Notes: generated by a model from the sequence alone, not told the origin. 50,558 nt of DNA from Candidatus Methylomirabilales bacterium (GCA_041946635.1 JBHGAX010000001.1:1-50558), one strand, 5' to 3'; shown: positions 18,304-26,524, counted from the first letter of the stretch. Numbers and translations: made by a program.

Positions 18304-19638
18304 TCAGGCCTTCGCCGGCTCCAGGGGCGCCCTGCGCCGCGCCGCGGCCAGGCTGTAGGCGTACAGCAACAGGATGCCGGCCGGGAAGAACGCGGCCGAG
18401 GCAGTCGTGCAGCAGGCGATCCCGGCGACGAGCGGCGCCGGGGCGAGCCTGCCCTCCCCTCCCGCCGGCGGCGCCAGCGCGAGCAGCAGGAGCGGCCCGG
18501 CGAGGACCAGCGTGAGGTACCAGTCCCACACCAGGGAGGTCCACAGCAGGCAGGAGAGCAGCCAGGGGAGGAACGGCGGGAGCGCGTCCGGCACGTCATC
18601 CCGCAGTGTGCGGAGGTTGGCGGCCAGGACCAGCAGCCCGAGGGCGGCCGTGACGGGAGCGAGCGCGTCCGCCACGCGCAGGCCCCAGACTCGCGCGGCC
18701 GCCTCCGCCAGGAGCGCCGACAGGGCCAGGTTGTTGGCGTGGGTCGCCGCGACCTCCGTGTGCCAGCGCTGCGCCACCTCGAGGAAGTCGCGGTACGCCA
18801 GGAGCGACGCGGGGACCGCGAGGGGGAGGGACAGCACGACCAGGCCAAGGCCCCACGGCACCACCCGGCGGCCGACGTGCGCCGCCCGCGAGCGGGCCTC
18901 GGGCCGCCGGCCCGCCTCCCGGCAGGCGGCCACCAGGAAGAAGGCCGCGGCGGGCAGGAGCTGGGGCTTCACCATCACGGCGAGCGCCAGCAGGCCGGCG
19001 GCCGCATGCCAGGCGGCCCGGCCCCGGCCGCGCAGCCAGCACCAGAGCCCTCCCGTGACGCACGCCCCGGCCAGCGCCCCCGAGTTGCCCCAGCCCAGGC
19101 CGGCCAGGATGGGCGGCTGGAGCACGAGGCCGGCCTGGAGCAGGAGGCGCCCCGGCTCGGGCGCGGGCCGACCGCCCAGGCGCCCGCTCAGGTCCAGGAG
19201 CAGCGCGAACGAGAGCCCGAGGAGGGCCGCGGAGACCGCCACGAAGGCCAGGTAGGCATCGCCCGGGCTCAGGCGGCCCCCGAGGCTCAGCAGGTGGACG
19301 GCGGGAAAGGTCGGGAAGGGAAAGGCGGTCGCGCCCTGCGCCGTGTAGGGCGACAGGCCGGAAACGAAGAGGGCCTGCGCCCCCCGGTAGAACGTCTGGA
19401 AATCCGCGCCCAGCTGGCCGGGCCGCACCGGCATGCCGGCGGCCGCGACGACCCCGACCCAGGCTGCGGCGGCGGCGGTGCGCGCCGGACGGGCGGGCAG
19501 GTAAAGGGCGGCGCTCAGCAGCCCGAGGGATGCCGCCACCCGAACGACTTCCGATGGCGTGGGCCAGTTGGACGGATCCAGCAGGGCGGCGGCGCCGACC
19601 AGCAGGGCGGCGGACAGGGCCATCCAGGGCATGGGCAC
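18304..19638 (-). CDS. Polytopic membrane protein, probable GT87/DUF2029-type glycosyltransferase
   Basis: A 444-aa protein with more than 10 hydrophobic helices. It has the early loop motif GADFQTFYRGAQALFVSGLSPY, typical of DUF2029 mannosyltransferase-like proteins. Confidence 0.55.
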   Translation of the reverse strand: MPMPWMALSAALLVGAAALLDPSNWPTPSEVVRVAASLGLLSAALYLPARPARTAAAAAWVGVVAAAGMPVRPGQLGADFQTFYRGAQALFVSGLSPYTAQGATAFPFPTFPAVHLLSLGGRLSPGDAYLAFVAVSAALLGLSFALLLDLSGRLGGRPAPEPGRLLLQAGLVLQPPILAGLGWGNSGALAGACVTGGLWCWLRGRGRAAWHAAAGLLALAVMVKPQLLPAAAFFLVAACREAGRRPEARSRAAHVGRRVVPWGLGLVVLSLPLAVPASLLAYRDFLEVAQRWHTEVAATHANNLALSALLAEAAARVWGLRVADALAPVTAALGLLVLAANLRTLRDDVPDALPPFLPWLLSCLLWTSLVWDWYLTLVLAGPLLLLALAPPAGGEGRLAPAPLVAGIACCTTASAAFFPAGILLLYAYSLAAARRRAPLEPAKA

Positions 19639-19800
19639 CCCTGCCGGCGCGCGAGGAGCGCACAGCGGCGACGATCAGGCCAGCGGTGGAAATCGAGGTA
19701 CGGCAGGTTGGGGTCCCGGCGTGCCGGCGTGCGGGGACGACCGTGCGCGTGCTCGAGCGTGACGATTCTCGGTCTGCAGTGCGGCCCTGTCAAGTGCGCC

Positions 19801-20127
19801 TCAGCGGCGCTTGGTCGGATCCCGGCCCGTGGCGACCTCCCGCCACCACTGAAACGCCAGCGCCTGCAGGGCGGAACACACGAGCAGGGCCACGTCGTTC
19901 GCGTAGTACAGGGGCAGGAACTCGCGGGCGACCAGGCGGCCGAGGAGCAGGACCGCCGCCGCGATCAGGAGATTCGCGGCAAAGAAGAGCAGCGTGAGCC
20001 CGAGCGCCTCGAGGACCTTGCCGAGAGCGGCCGGCAGGCGGCGCAGGGGAAGCCCGAGGGCGCCGCCGAGGACGAGGATCAGCAGTGAGGTGCCGAGCGC
20101 GAGCGCGGGGACAAAGTATGCGTGCAT
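19801..20127 (-). CDS. Hypothetical small membrane protein (108 aa)
   Basis: Three hydrophobic segments. It lies immediately upstream of, and co-directional with, the DUF218 gene. No family recognised. Confidence 0.45.
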   Translation of the reverse strand: MHAYFVPALALGTSLLILVLGGALGLPLRRLPAALGKVLEALGLTLLFFAANLLIAAAVLLLGRLVAREFLPLYYANDVALLVCSALQALAFQWWREVATGRDPTKRR

Positions 20128-20134
20128 CCGGCCC

Positions 20135-20746
20135 TCACAGGTAGCCTGCGACGCGGTGGTAGGCGCGGGCCACGATCTCCTGGGAGACGCGCCGGGCGAG
20201 CTTCAGGCGTCCCTCGGGGGAGCGGGGCCGGTCCGACTCCTCGTCCGCCACGACGGGGAGCACCTCGAAGCCCTGCCGGGCAAACAGGGGGATCGCCCGC
20301 ACCAGGTGCTGCGAGTCGGTCACCAAAAGGATCCGCCGCACGCCCCGGGCGGCCAGGAGCACCCTCGACTTCTGAGCCTCCTCCCGCGTGGTCCAGGCAT
20401 CCTGCAGGGTCAGGATGCGGCCGGGGTCCACGCCCAGGTCCCGCGCCAGCTGCTCCCGGACCTTCGCCTCGGGCGGGCTGCCGTCGAAGCTCGGCCCCAG
20501 GAGCACCAGGAGCGGAGCCAGCCCCTGCCGGTGCAGCAGGATCCCCGCCAGGGCACGCCGGAGCGAGGCCCCGCCCAGCATGCCGTCCTCGTTCACCCCG
20601 GCGCCGAGCACCACGATGGCGTCGGCCGGACCCGGGTGCGAGGCGACGGCCAGCTGGCGGGCCAGGAGGCTCGGGAGCGGCGTGAAGGCCGCGGCGGCGA
20701 AGAGCAGGAGCCCGGCCAGCCCGACGATCCGCACCGACGTCTTCAT
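20135..20746 (-). CDS. DUF218 (YdcF/ElyC-like) protein
   Basis: N-terminal signal or anchor, then IVVLGAG ... LLVTDSQHLVRA, the pattern typical of DUF218. Confidence 0.75.
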   Translation of the reverse strand: MKTSVRIVGLAGLLLFAAAAFTPLPSLLARQLAVASHPGPADAIVVLGAGVNEDGMLGGASLRRALAGILLHRQGLAPLLVLLGPSFDGSPPEAKVREQLARDLGVDPGRILTLQDAWTTREEAQKSRVLLAARGVRRILLVTDSQHLVRAIPLFARQGFEVLPVVADEESDRPRSPEGRLKLARRVSQEIVARAYHRVAGYL

Positions 20747-20853
20747 GCCGCCTCCCGCGAGGCCTGGGATCCAGGGGTGAGCCGCGCGTCAGGGTGCGTT
20801 GACATTCCCGCCTGCCCGGCGTATAGAAAGGGAACCCGGGGGAGGCAGCTCGC

Positions 20854-21231
20854 ATGCGGTACACGGATCAGATACGCATCGGACATCGGGTGGGCGCGTT
20901 CCTGGCCGTCTGCCTGATCCTGGCCGCCGCCATGGCGGTCGCGCCGCCCGCCACGCTGGGCGAGCAGGCGCCCTCCCTCGTGCTCCGGGCCCCGGACATC
21001 CCGCTGGCCGCCCTGGCAGTCAACGCACCCATCCGCGTGGAGAAGCAGGCGCCCGGGCCGCGCGCGCAGCTGCAGCGACCGGAGCGGACCGCCCGCTACC
21101 TCCCCGCGTCCGAGCGGCTCGCCGCGCCGGAATTCCGCGTGGCCCTCCACCAGACCTACCGCGACCTGCCGCGACGCCCGCTGCCCCGCCGGCAGACCGC
21201 GCCGCCCGCCCCGGACGATCCCAGCCACTAG
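20854..21231 (+). CDS. Hypothetical secreted/anchored protein (125 aa)
   Basis: N-terminal hydrophobic helix (VGAFLAVCLILAAAMAVA) followed by a Pro/Arg-rich tail. Coding status is uncertain. Confidence 0.35.
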   Translation: MRYTDQIRIGHRVGAFLAVCLILAAAMAVAPPATLGEQAPSLVLRAPDIPLAALAVNAPIRVEKQAPGPRAQLQRPERTARYLPASERLAAPEFRVALHQTYRDLPRRPLPRRQTAPPAPDDPSH

Positions 21232-21328
21232 CGCCTCCCCACACCTCGGTCGTTCCGACCCATCCACCAATGGCGACTGGACGGAGGCGCTCGCCGGCCC
21301 GGCGAGTGCGCCTCCCGGGGAGACACGC

Positions 21329-21544
21329 ATGGCCGAAGAGACGATGGAGAACAAGGACCTTGGACCCAAGAAGCGCCTCAGCAAGCAGGTCTCGATCGCG
21401 GTCATGGTGACGGGCGGGCTCCTGATCCTCATCCCCTGGTTCTTCTTCCCGGTGGAGCAGGGGTCCACAGCGCAGATCGTGAAGACCGTCGTCGGCGTGA
21501 GCGGCTTCTGCATCCTGTGCGCCGGCGCCTACTTCCGCCCGTAG
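21329..21544 (+). CDS. Hypothetical small membrane protein (71 aa)
   Basis: Two clear TM helices (VSIAVMVTGGLLILIPWFFF, VVGVSGFCILCAGAYF). Lys/Glu-rich N-terminus with less GC-biased codons. Confidence 0.45.
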   Translation: MAEETMENKDLGPKKRLSKQVSIAVMVTGGLLILIPWFFFPVEQGSTAQIVKTVVGVSGFCILCAGAYFRP

Positions 21545-21545
21545 T

Positions 21546-21619
21546 ACCGGCACTCCGGCACCCGGGCACTCGCACGCTGGGACGATCTTTCCAGAGTGCC
21601 GGAGTGCCCGGGTGCCGGA
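21546..21619. repeat. CGGCAC-type repeat hairpin between convergent genes
   Basis: The left arm is ccggcactccggcacccgggcactc and the right arm is gagtgccggagtgcccgggtgccgg. The outer 7 bp are perfect and about 25 imperfect bp form overall. The motif cggcactccggc recurs at 33997-34008. Confidence 0.7.
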
Positions 21620-21626
21620 TGGCCCA

Positions 21627-22607
21627 CTACCCCTTGCGCAGCTCCGCCCGCACGCGGTCGGCCAGGGCGCGGCTCTCCGCATCGTCGGTGATGAGGTCGA
21701 CCTGGCCCGGCCCGGTGGCCCCGATGCCGAGGTGCGCCGCGCGGGCGATCTGCTCCTGGTCGAACACGGCCCCGCCGGCCACCGTGGCGTTCGTGCCGTG
21801 CAGGCGCAGCAGGGCGACGCCCACCGCGTCCACCGCCACCCGGTCCGTCCCCACGACCATCACCTCGGGCCTCGCGTGCCGGCCGCGCTCCGGCCCGCCG
21901 TCGGTGAACGCCTCCAGCCCATCCATCACCACGAGTGCGGGCCGGTAGAGCTGGTTGATCTCCGCGATCATCCGGCGCTGGTGCGGCGAGCCGTGCAGCT
22001 CGCTCATGTAGTTGTAGCCGCCGCGCGGGGCGTACTTCGCCACCATCCCGACGGAGTTCTTCAGGGAAAGCGTCACGTGGCCGCCGAAGCGGTGGGTCTT
22101 CAGGCAGCAGGTCTGGAGAACGAGATCGGCCTCGGCGAACAGCCGGGGAAACAGCACGCCGCGCGACCAGTGGCCGCCGGGCAGTCGCTCCTCGATCCAG
22201 CCCTCGGCCGGAGTCTCGTCCAGCACCACCGCCCGGGCCCCCGAGCGGCGCGCCAGGTCGAAGGCGCCCTTCTGCTCCATCACCCGGCGCGTCTCCCCCA
22301 TCCCGCTCCGGTCCGCAATGCTGATTTCCGCCGCCCCGGCGGAGCGGCACTCCGCGAGGAGCGCGCCCAGCGTATCCAGGTGCGTGGACGCGGGATACGG
22401 GTCGGCGCTGTTGAAGTTGGGCTTGATCGCCACCCGGCGCCCGCGACCCAGGCTCACGCCCAGGGCCGCCATGCCGCGCCGGATCGCGGCCGCTCGATCC
22501 GTGGTCCGCGCCAGGAACACCGGCGAGGCCGCCGCGCGGGCCCTCCGGGCCGTCAGCGCCACAGCCAGCCCTCCCGCCAGCAGGCGGCGCCGCGAGATAC
22601 CTCCCAT
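21627..22607 (-). CDS. DUF362 domain protein with twin-arginine signal
   Basis: Tat-like N-terminus (SRRRLLAGGLAVALTA), then VAIKPNFN ... CCLKTHRFGG, which is typical of DUF362. Confidence 0.75.
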   Translation of the reverse strand: MGGISRRRLLAGGLAVALTARRARAAASPVFLARTTDRAAAIRRGMAALGVSLGRGRRVAIKPNFNSADPYPASTHLDTLGALLAECRSAGAAEISIADRSGMGETRRVMEQKGAFDLARRSGARAVVLDETPAEGWIEERLPGGHWSRGVLFPRLFAEADLVLQTCCLKTHRFGGHVTLSLKNSVGMVAKYAPRGGYNYMSELHGSPHQRRMIAEINQLYRPALVVMDGLEAFTDGGPERGRHARPEVMVVGTDRVAVDAVGVALLRLHGTNATVAGGAVFDQEQIARAAHLGIGATGPGQVDLITDDAESRALADRVRAELRKG

Positions 22608-22662
22608 GGATCTCCTCCTCGAACCGCCGGCCGCCGCCGTGGCGCGGCGCGGCTGCCTCGCC

Positions 22663-23328
22663 TCACGCCGGGGTCCCCGCCGGCTCGATGCCCAGCCCGC
22701 GGAGCGCCGACCGGAGCTGCGCCGGCGACTCGTACTGAACGGCCCGCATCCCGAGGCGCGCCGCGCCCTCCACGTTCGGCAGCCGGTCGTCGATGAAGAG
22801 GCAGTGCTCGGCCGGAAGCCCCGAGCGCCGCAGCGCCTCCTGGAAGATGCGCGGCTGCGGCTTCATCGCGCCGACGCGGTAAGACAGGATGCACTCGCTG
22901 AAGAGCGCCAGCGCCGGGATGCGGGCGCGCACGTGGTCGAAGTGAATGGCGTTCGTGTCCGACAGCAGGTAGAGCGGGTACCGGCCGTGCAGGCCCCGCA
23001 GCAGGGCCACGGTCTCCGGGATCTCCGTGAAGATGTCGCCGTAGAGCTCCCGGAAGTCCGCGTACGGCACCTCGGCCTTCAGGGCGCCCATGACGGCCCG
23101 GTGATACTCGGCGCCGGTGACCTGGCCGCTCTCGAACGCGGCCTGCAGGGGATTCCCGAAGGCCGCGGCCAGGATGGCGTCCGCCTCCCGGCCGCAGCGG
23201 CTCGCCAGCCGGTCGCAGAAGATCCGATAGTCGAACCGGCAGACGACGCCGCCGAAGTCGAACACCAGCAGGCGGATGTGCGGTTCCGCTCCAGCTTGTC
23301 TCGGCTCTCGGCACTCGGCACTCGGCAC
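22663..23328 (-). CDS. HAD-superfamily hydrolase (subfamily IA-like); start uncertain
   Basis: Motif I LLVFDFGGVV, and a later LLSDTN ... FIDD. The ORF-track start is a GTG inside the heptad array at 23301-23335, and the true start may be a few codons downstream. Confidence 0.8.
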   Translation of the reverse strand: MPSAECREPRQAGAEPHIRLLVFDFGGVVCRFDYRIFCDRLASRCGREADAILAAAFGNPLQAAFESGQVTGAEYHRAVMGALKAEVPYADFRELYGDIFTEIPETVALLRGLHGRYPLYLLSDTNAIHFDHVRARIPALALFSECILSYRVGAMKPQPRIFQEALRRSGLPAEHCLFIDDRLPNVEGAARLGMRAVQYESPAQLRSALRGLGIEPAGTPA

Positions 23329-23335
23329 TCGATCC
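23301..23335. repeat. Direct heptad array (TCGGCNC x4-5) between the peroxiredoxin and HAD genes
   Basis: The array reads tcggctc tcggcac tcggcac tcggcac tcgatcc. It starts right after the peroxiredoxin stop (TAG, 23335-23337 on the minus strand). Confidence 0.8.
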
Positions 23336-23796
23336 TACTCCCGGATCTCCCGGGCCACGGCCAGGAGCCGCGCCGCGTCCGGCAGCTGCCCCGGGAGATA
23401 CTCCTCCTTGAAGCGCACGATGCCGGCCCGGTCGAGGATGAACGTCGCGCGGCGGGGGGCATTCCGCGCGGGATTCCAGACGCCGTACGCCTGGCAGACC
23501 GTCCGGTGCACGTCGCTCAGGAGCGGATACCGGAGGGCGTGGCGTCGGGCCCAGGCCTCGTGGGAGTACGTGCTGTCGCCGTTGATGCCGAGGACCACGG
23601 TCCCCGCCTGCGTGAACGCATCCAGGTGCGCCTCCAGCGCGGGCATGGCTTGCGTTCACCCGGGCGACCAGTCGAACGGATAGAAGGCCAGCAGCACGTT
23701 GTCCCGCCCGCGGAAGTCCGCAAGGCCGATCTCCCGATTCCCCGGAGCCGGCAGGCGGAAATCCGGCGCGCTATCCCCCACGCGAACCTCCCGCAT
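23335..23796 (-). CDS. Peroxiredoxin (AhpC/TSA, BCP-like) with in-frame TGA at the peroxidatic position; candidate selenoprotein
   Basis: A continuous 153-codon reading frame with SD GGGAGGG. The translation reads ...LLAFYPFDWSPG-[TGA 23656-23658]-TQAMPALEAHL..., so the TGA replaces Cys of the P-x3-S/T-x2-C motif. The ORF track reports only the C-terminal 103 aa. Confidence 0.6.
23613..23658 (-). promoter_or_regulatory. SECIS-like hairpin starting at the in-frame UGA
   Basis: UGAACGCA (23658-23651) pairs perfectly with UGCGUUCA (23620-23613). Inside it is a GCGC/GCGC stem with apical loop UGGAG about 20 nt 3' of the UGA. Confidence 0.45.
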
Positions 23797-24037
23797 GGCC
23801 TACCCTCCCTGCCGCGCAATGCGCCGCGCCAGAGCAGGATACTCACTTCCGCCGGGGCGCGTCAAGCGCCGGCGGGGACCGCGCGCGCCGGCCTCACACC
23901 CCAGCCGGCGCACCTAACAGTGATATTGTGTCCTAACACCTTCGGAGGCGGCGCGCAAAAACCGTTGACAGAACAGCTCAATTTGATGATGCTAGGTGAT
24001 GTCGGACCTAGCATCACCGGCACACAAGGAGACGTGC

Positions 24038-24193
24038 ATGGCCACGAAGCGTGCGGCCTTCGGTGGATATACCATCAACTTCAAGGGCGTGAAGGACAGT
24101 CTCGAGACCGTATTCGGCAGCAAGCCGGTCACGCCCGCCGAGATGACGAAGAAGCTCTGGGAATACGTGAAGAAGAACAAGCTCTCCAAGTAG
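24038..24193 (+). CDS. SWIB/MDM2-like mini-protein (51 aa)
   Basis: AAGGAGA SD lies 5 nt before ATG 24038. SLETVFGSKPVTPAEMTKKLWEYVKKNKLSK matches the first half of the SWIB domain consensus and then stops. A strong hairpin follows directly. Confidence 0.6.
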   Translation: MATKRAAFGGYTINFKGVKDSLETVFGSKPVTPAEMTKKLWEYVKKNKLSK

Positions 24194-24198
24194 CCCGC

Positions 24199-24236
24199 CG
24201 CCTCCCGCCCTCGTCCCGGCGCGAGGGCGGGAGGCG
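24199..24236 (+). terminator. Hairpin after the SWIB-like gene
   Basis: A perfect 15-bp stem, cgcctcccgccctcg / cgagggcgggaggcg, with an 8-nt loop. There is no clear U-tract. Confidence 0.5.
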
Positions 24237-24279
24237 CGGTGCGGTCTTGTCGAGACGCGGCACGGCCCGCGGAGCCCGG

Positions 24280-24468
24280 ATGACCACCGGCAGCCAGCTC
24301 ATGGCCATTACCCTGCACCGCATCCCGCGCAAGGCGGTCTGCGGGGTGGTAATACTGCTCCAGCAGGAGGACGCCTCCTGGGCTGGCACCTGCAGCAAGT
24401 GCGGGGGCGAGTTCCGGATGGAGCGCGACCCCAAGTTCGAGACGCAGGTGCGGGCGATGCGGAACTGA
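24280..24468 (+). CDS. Hypothetical 62-aa protein with CxxC
   Basis: This is the last 62 codons of an otherwise spurious 716-aa ORF (...GTCSKCGGEFRMERDPKFETQVRAMRN). The SD is weak and coding status is uncertain. Confidence 0.3.
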   Translation: MTTGSQLMAITLHRIPRKAVCGVVILLQQEDASWAGTCSKCGGEFRMERDPKFETQVRAMRN

Positions 24469-24539
24469 CGGCCGGCGCCCGGGCCGCCGTGGCGCCGGGC
24501 GACATCCGAGCGCGACAAAAGCAGAGGAAAGGAGCGACC

Positions 24540-25046
24540 ATGCCGCAGAGGAGCAGGGCCAAGGGCACGCGCCGGGAAGGCGGGTTCGGCGCGTACCGGC
24601 AGCAGTTCCAGGCGATGCTGGACAGCATCCGGCGCGAGATCGCCGCGCGGGAGAGCGAGCTGTCCGAGCTGAAGGCGCAGTACGACCGCGTGGCCGGCGT
24701 GCTGGGCGGCGGGGCGCAGGCATCCCGGCCCGCGTCCGCGGCCGCTCCGCGACGGGGCCGCCGGCGGCGGGCGAAGGCGCTGGACTGGAAGCAGGTCTAT
24801 GCGTCGCTGCCGGCCCGCTTCGACCTCGACACGCTGAGTCGCCACCCGAGCGCCGGCAAGCGCTCCAAGCCCCACCTCTACGCCATCATCTCGCGGTGGA
24901 AGAAGGAGAAGAAGATCGCCAAGGACGCCGCGGGCGGCTACCGCAAAGTCGAGGCGGGCGCCAAGGCGAAGCCGGGCCCGCGGCCCAAGGCGTCCAAGCC
25001 GCCCGCCAAGGCGGCCGCGGCCAAGCAGGAGTCCCCGACAGCCTGA
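24540..25046 (+). CDS. Hypothetical protein with coiled-coil N-terminus and Lys/Ala/Pro-rich histone-H1-like tail
   Basis: Strong SD (AGGAAAGGAG). Contains IRREIAARESELSELKAQYDRV, and the C-terminus reads KVEAGAKAKPGPRPKASKPPAKAAAAKQ. Confidence 0.6.
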   Translation: MPQRSRAKGTRREGGFGAYRQQFQAMLDSIRREIAARESELSELKAQYDRVAGVLGGGAQASRPASAAAPRRGRRRRAKALDWKQVYASLPARFDLDTLSRHPSAGKRSKPHLYAIISRWKKEKKIAKDAAGGYRKVEAGAKAKPGPRPKASKPPAKAAAAKQESPTA

Positions 25047-25071
25047 TCACGGCACTGCCCGAGCGAGAGCC

Positions 25072-25101
25072 GGGGGGCACCCAGGAAGGTGGGCGCCCCC
25101 C
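25072..25101. terminator. Hairpin between convergent genes (candidate bidirectional terminator)
   Basis: ggggggcaccca / tgggcgcccccc (12 bp with one mismatch), loop ggaagg, then gccgtctttgg. Confidence 0.5.
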
Positions 25102-25117
25102 GCCGTCTTTGGCGGGA

Positions 25118-25396
25118 TCAGGCGATCCGGAAGCGCTGCGCCTCCAGGTGCTCGTTCTTGCAGCGCGGGCAGCGGGACGGATCCGAAAAGCGGGTCCGGT
25201 CCTTGAACCGGAAGCCACACTCCCCGCACACCGGCGCCCGGATCTCGATGCGGCGCGGCGCCACCGACCGAGCGATGTGCTCCAGGTCGTCCACGATCAG
25301 CCGGCGGGGCACGAGGTAGCGCGCGGCCAGCTCGTCCAGCGTCCAGCTTCGCTCGGCGAGGAGCCGGCGGATCTCCTGTCGGCGCGTCTCCTCCAT
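25118..25396 (-). CDS. Transcriptional regulator, HTH fused to a Zn-ribbon (COG3357-like)
   Basis: A 92-aa protein. The N-terminal wHTH-like segment is RRQEIRRLLAERSWTLDELAARY and the C-terminus is CGECGFRF...CPRCKN. It is the last gene of the GRE cluster. Confidence 0.7.
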   Translation of the reverse strand: MEETRRQEIRRLLAERSWTLDELAARYLVPRRLIVDDLEHIARSVAPRRIEIRAPVCGECGFRFKDRTRFSDPSRCPRCKNEHLEAQRFRIA

Positions 25397-25418
25397 CCCG
25401 CCCCCACGGAAAGAACGT

Positions 25419-25497
25419 GCACCGCCAGGACGCCCAGGCCGCCAGGAAGAAAGGCGGTCTTGGCGAACCTCGGCGCTCTTGGCGCCCTCGGCGGTGC
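25419..25497. repeat. CGCCAGG/CTTGGCG-type repeat hairpin
   Basis: The outer stem is gcaccgcc / ggcggtgc. The arms are made of cgccagga-like and ggcg(n)cttgg-like units. It shares an identical 19-mer with 29863-29881 and a 14-mer with 35177-35190. Confidence 0.75.
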
Positions 25498-25505
25498 AGG
25501 CTTGT

Positions 25506-26411
25506 CTACGCCTTCCGCTCGCCGCCCACCCGCACGCCGGTCCACTCCTCCCAGAGCGTGATCAGGACCGGCTGGGCCTGGGGGCCCTTGCCCTGCGCCT
25601 TCGCCATGCGGAACAGCTCGTGGGCCAGCGCCGTGACCGGCACCGGCACGTCCGCGCTCCGCGCCATGTTCAGGGCGTAGCCGACGTCCTTGGTCATGAT
25701 GTCCACCGAGCCGCCCGGCACGAAGTTGCGCGACAGGAGCCGCGGCACGGTCTCCTCCATCACCCGCGAGCCGGCCCAGCCGCCCTTGATGGCCTCGTGC
25801 AGGGTCGCGGGATCCAGGCCGACCTTGGCGGCCAGCGCCCACGCCTCGCAGACCGCGGCGAAGTTCGCCGCCACGATCATGTTGTTGACCAGCTTGGTCG
25901 CCTGCCCCATCCCGCTGCCGCCCATGTGCACCACGGAACGGCCCAGTCGCGCCAGGACCGGCTGCACTCGGGCAAAGCCGCCGGGATCGCCGCCCACCAT
26001 GATGGAGAGGCTGGCCTCGATGGCCCCCTGCTCCCCCCCGCTCACCGGCGCGTCCAGGAAGGTGATCCGCCGCGCCGCCGCGGCCGCCGCGCACTCCTGC
26101 GCCACCTTGGCCTCGGTGGTGCTGAGGTCCGCGATGAGCGTGCCGGACCGCATGACCGCCAGGAGCCCGTCCGCCCCCAGCACCGCCTGGCGCACGATGT
26201 CGCCCGTGGGCAGCGAGAGCAGCACGATCTCCGCCGTCCGGGCCGCCTCGGCCGCGCTGGCCGCCCGCTTGCCGCCCGCGGCCACGAAGCGCTCCAGGCG
26301 CGGGGGATCGGTGTCGAAGCCGCTCACCTGGTAGCCGGCCTGCACCAGGTTGCGGGCCATGGGTCCGCCCATCACGCCCAGCCCCAGGAAGCCCAGCGCC
26401 ATGTCAGACAT
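25506..26411 (-). CDS. NAD(P)-dependent dehydrogenase of the 3-hydroxyisobutyrate dehydrogenase (HIBADH/tartronate-semialdehyde reductase) family
   Basis: The start is taken at ATG 26411 (AGGAGGAG SD). N-terminal GFLGLGVMGGPMARNL, and a C-terminal 6PGDH-like helical domain. Confidence 0.85.
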   Translation of the reverse strand: MSDMALGFLGLGVMGGPMARNLVQAGYQVSGFDTDPPRLERFVAAGGKRAASAAEAARTAEIVLLSLPTGDIVRQAVLGADGLLAVMRSGTLIADLSTTEAKVAQECAAAAAARRITFLDAPVSGGEQGAIEASLSIMVGGDPGGFARVQPVLARLGRSVVHMGGSGMGQATKLVNNMIVAANFAAVCEAWALAAKVGLDPATLHEAIKGGWAGSRVMEETVPRLLSRNFVPGGSVDIMTKDVGYALNMARSADVPVPVTALAHELFRMAKAQGKGPQAQPVLITLWEEWTGVRVGGERKA

Positions 26412-26524
26412 CGTCTCCTCCTTGCACCGCACCTTGCACCACGAAGGTCATGAAGGGGTTCGGAAGGACCCGGGTGGTGGCGAGGAAGCAGACCACATCC
26501 CGGCGGCGGGGTCAAGCCGAATGG

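Noticed and set aside
23301-23335. Tandem short repeats here, and at 43771-43800, 48994-49025 and 30971-31012, as possible CRISPR arrays
   Set aside because: The period is only 7-9 nt with no unique spacers, and no cas genes are in the window. These are microsatellite-like arrays or hairpin arms, not CRISPR.
22318-24279. Bulk of the 716-aa plus-strand ORF 22318-24468
   Set aside because: It overlaps the DUF362, HAD and peroxiredoxin genes in antisense. Only its last 62 codons lie in otherwise non-coding DNA, and I list those separately at low confidence.
26417-26470. ccttgcacc x2 / gaagg x3 repeats just upstream of the HIBADH-family gene, as a separate regulatory element
   Set aside because: The pairing potential is weak (4-5 bp stems), and the region overlaps the SD region. 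I note it only as a probable diverged member of the CCTTCGTG/CACCACGAAGG family rather than as a feature of its own.
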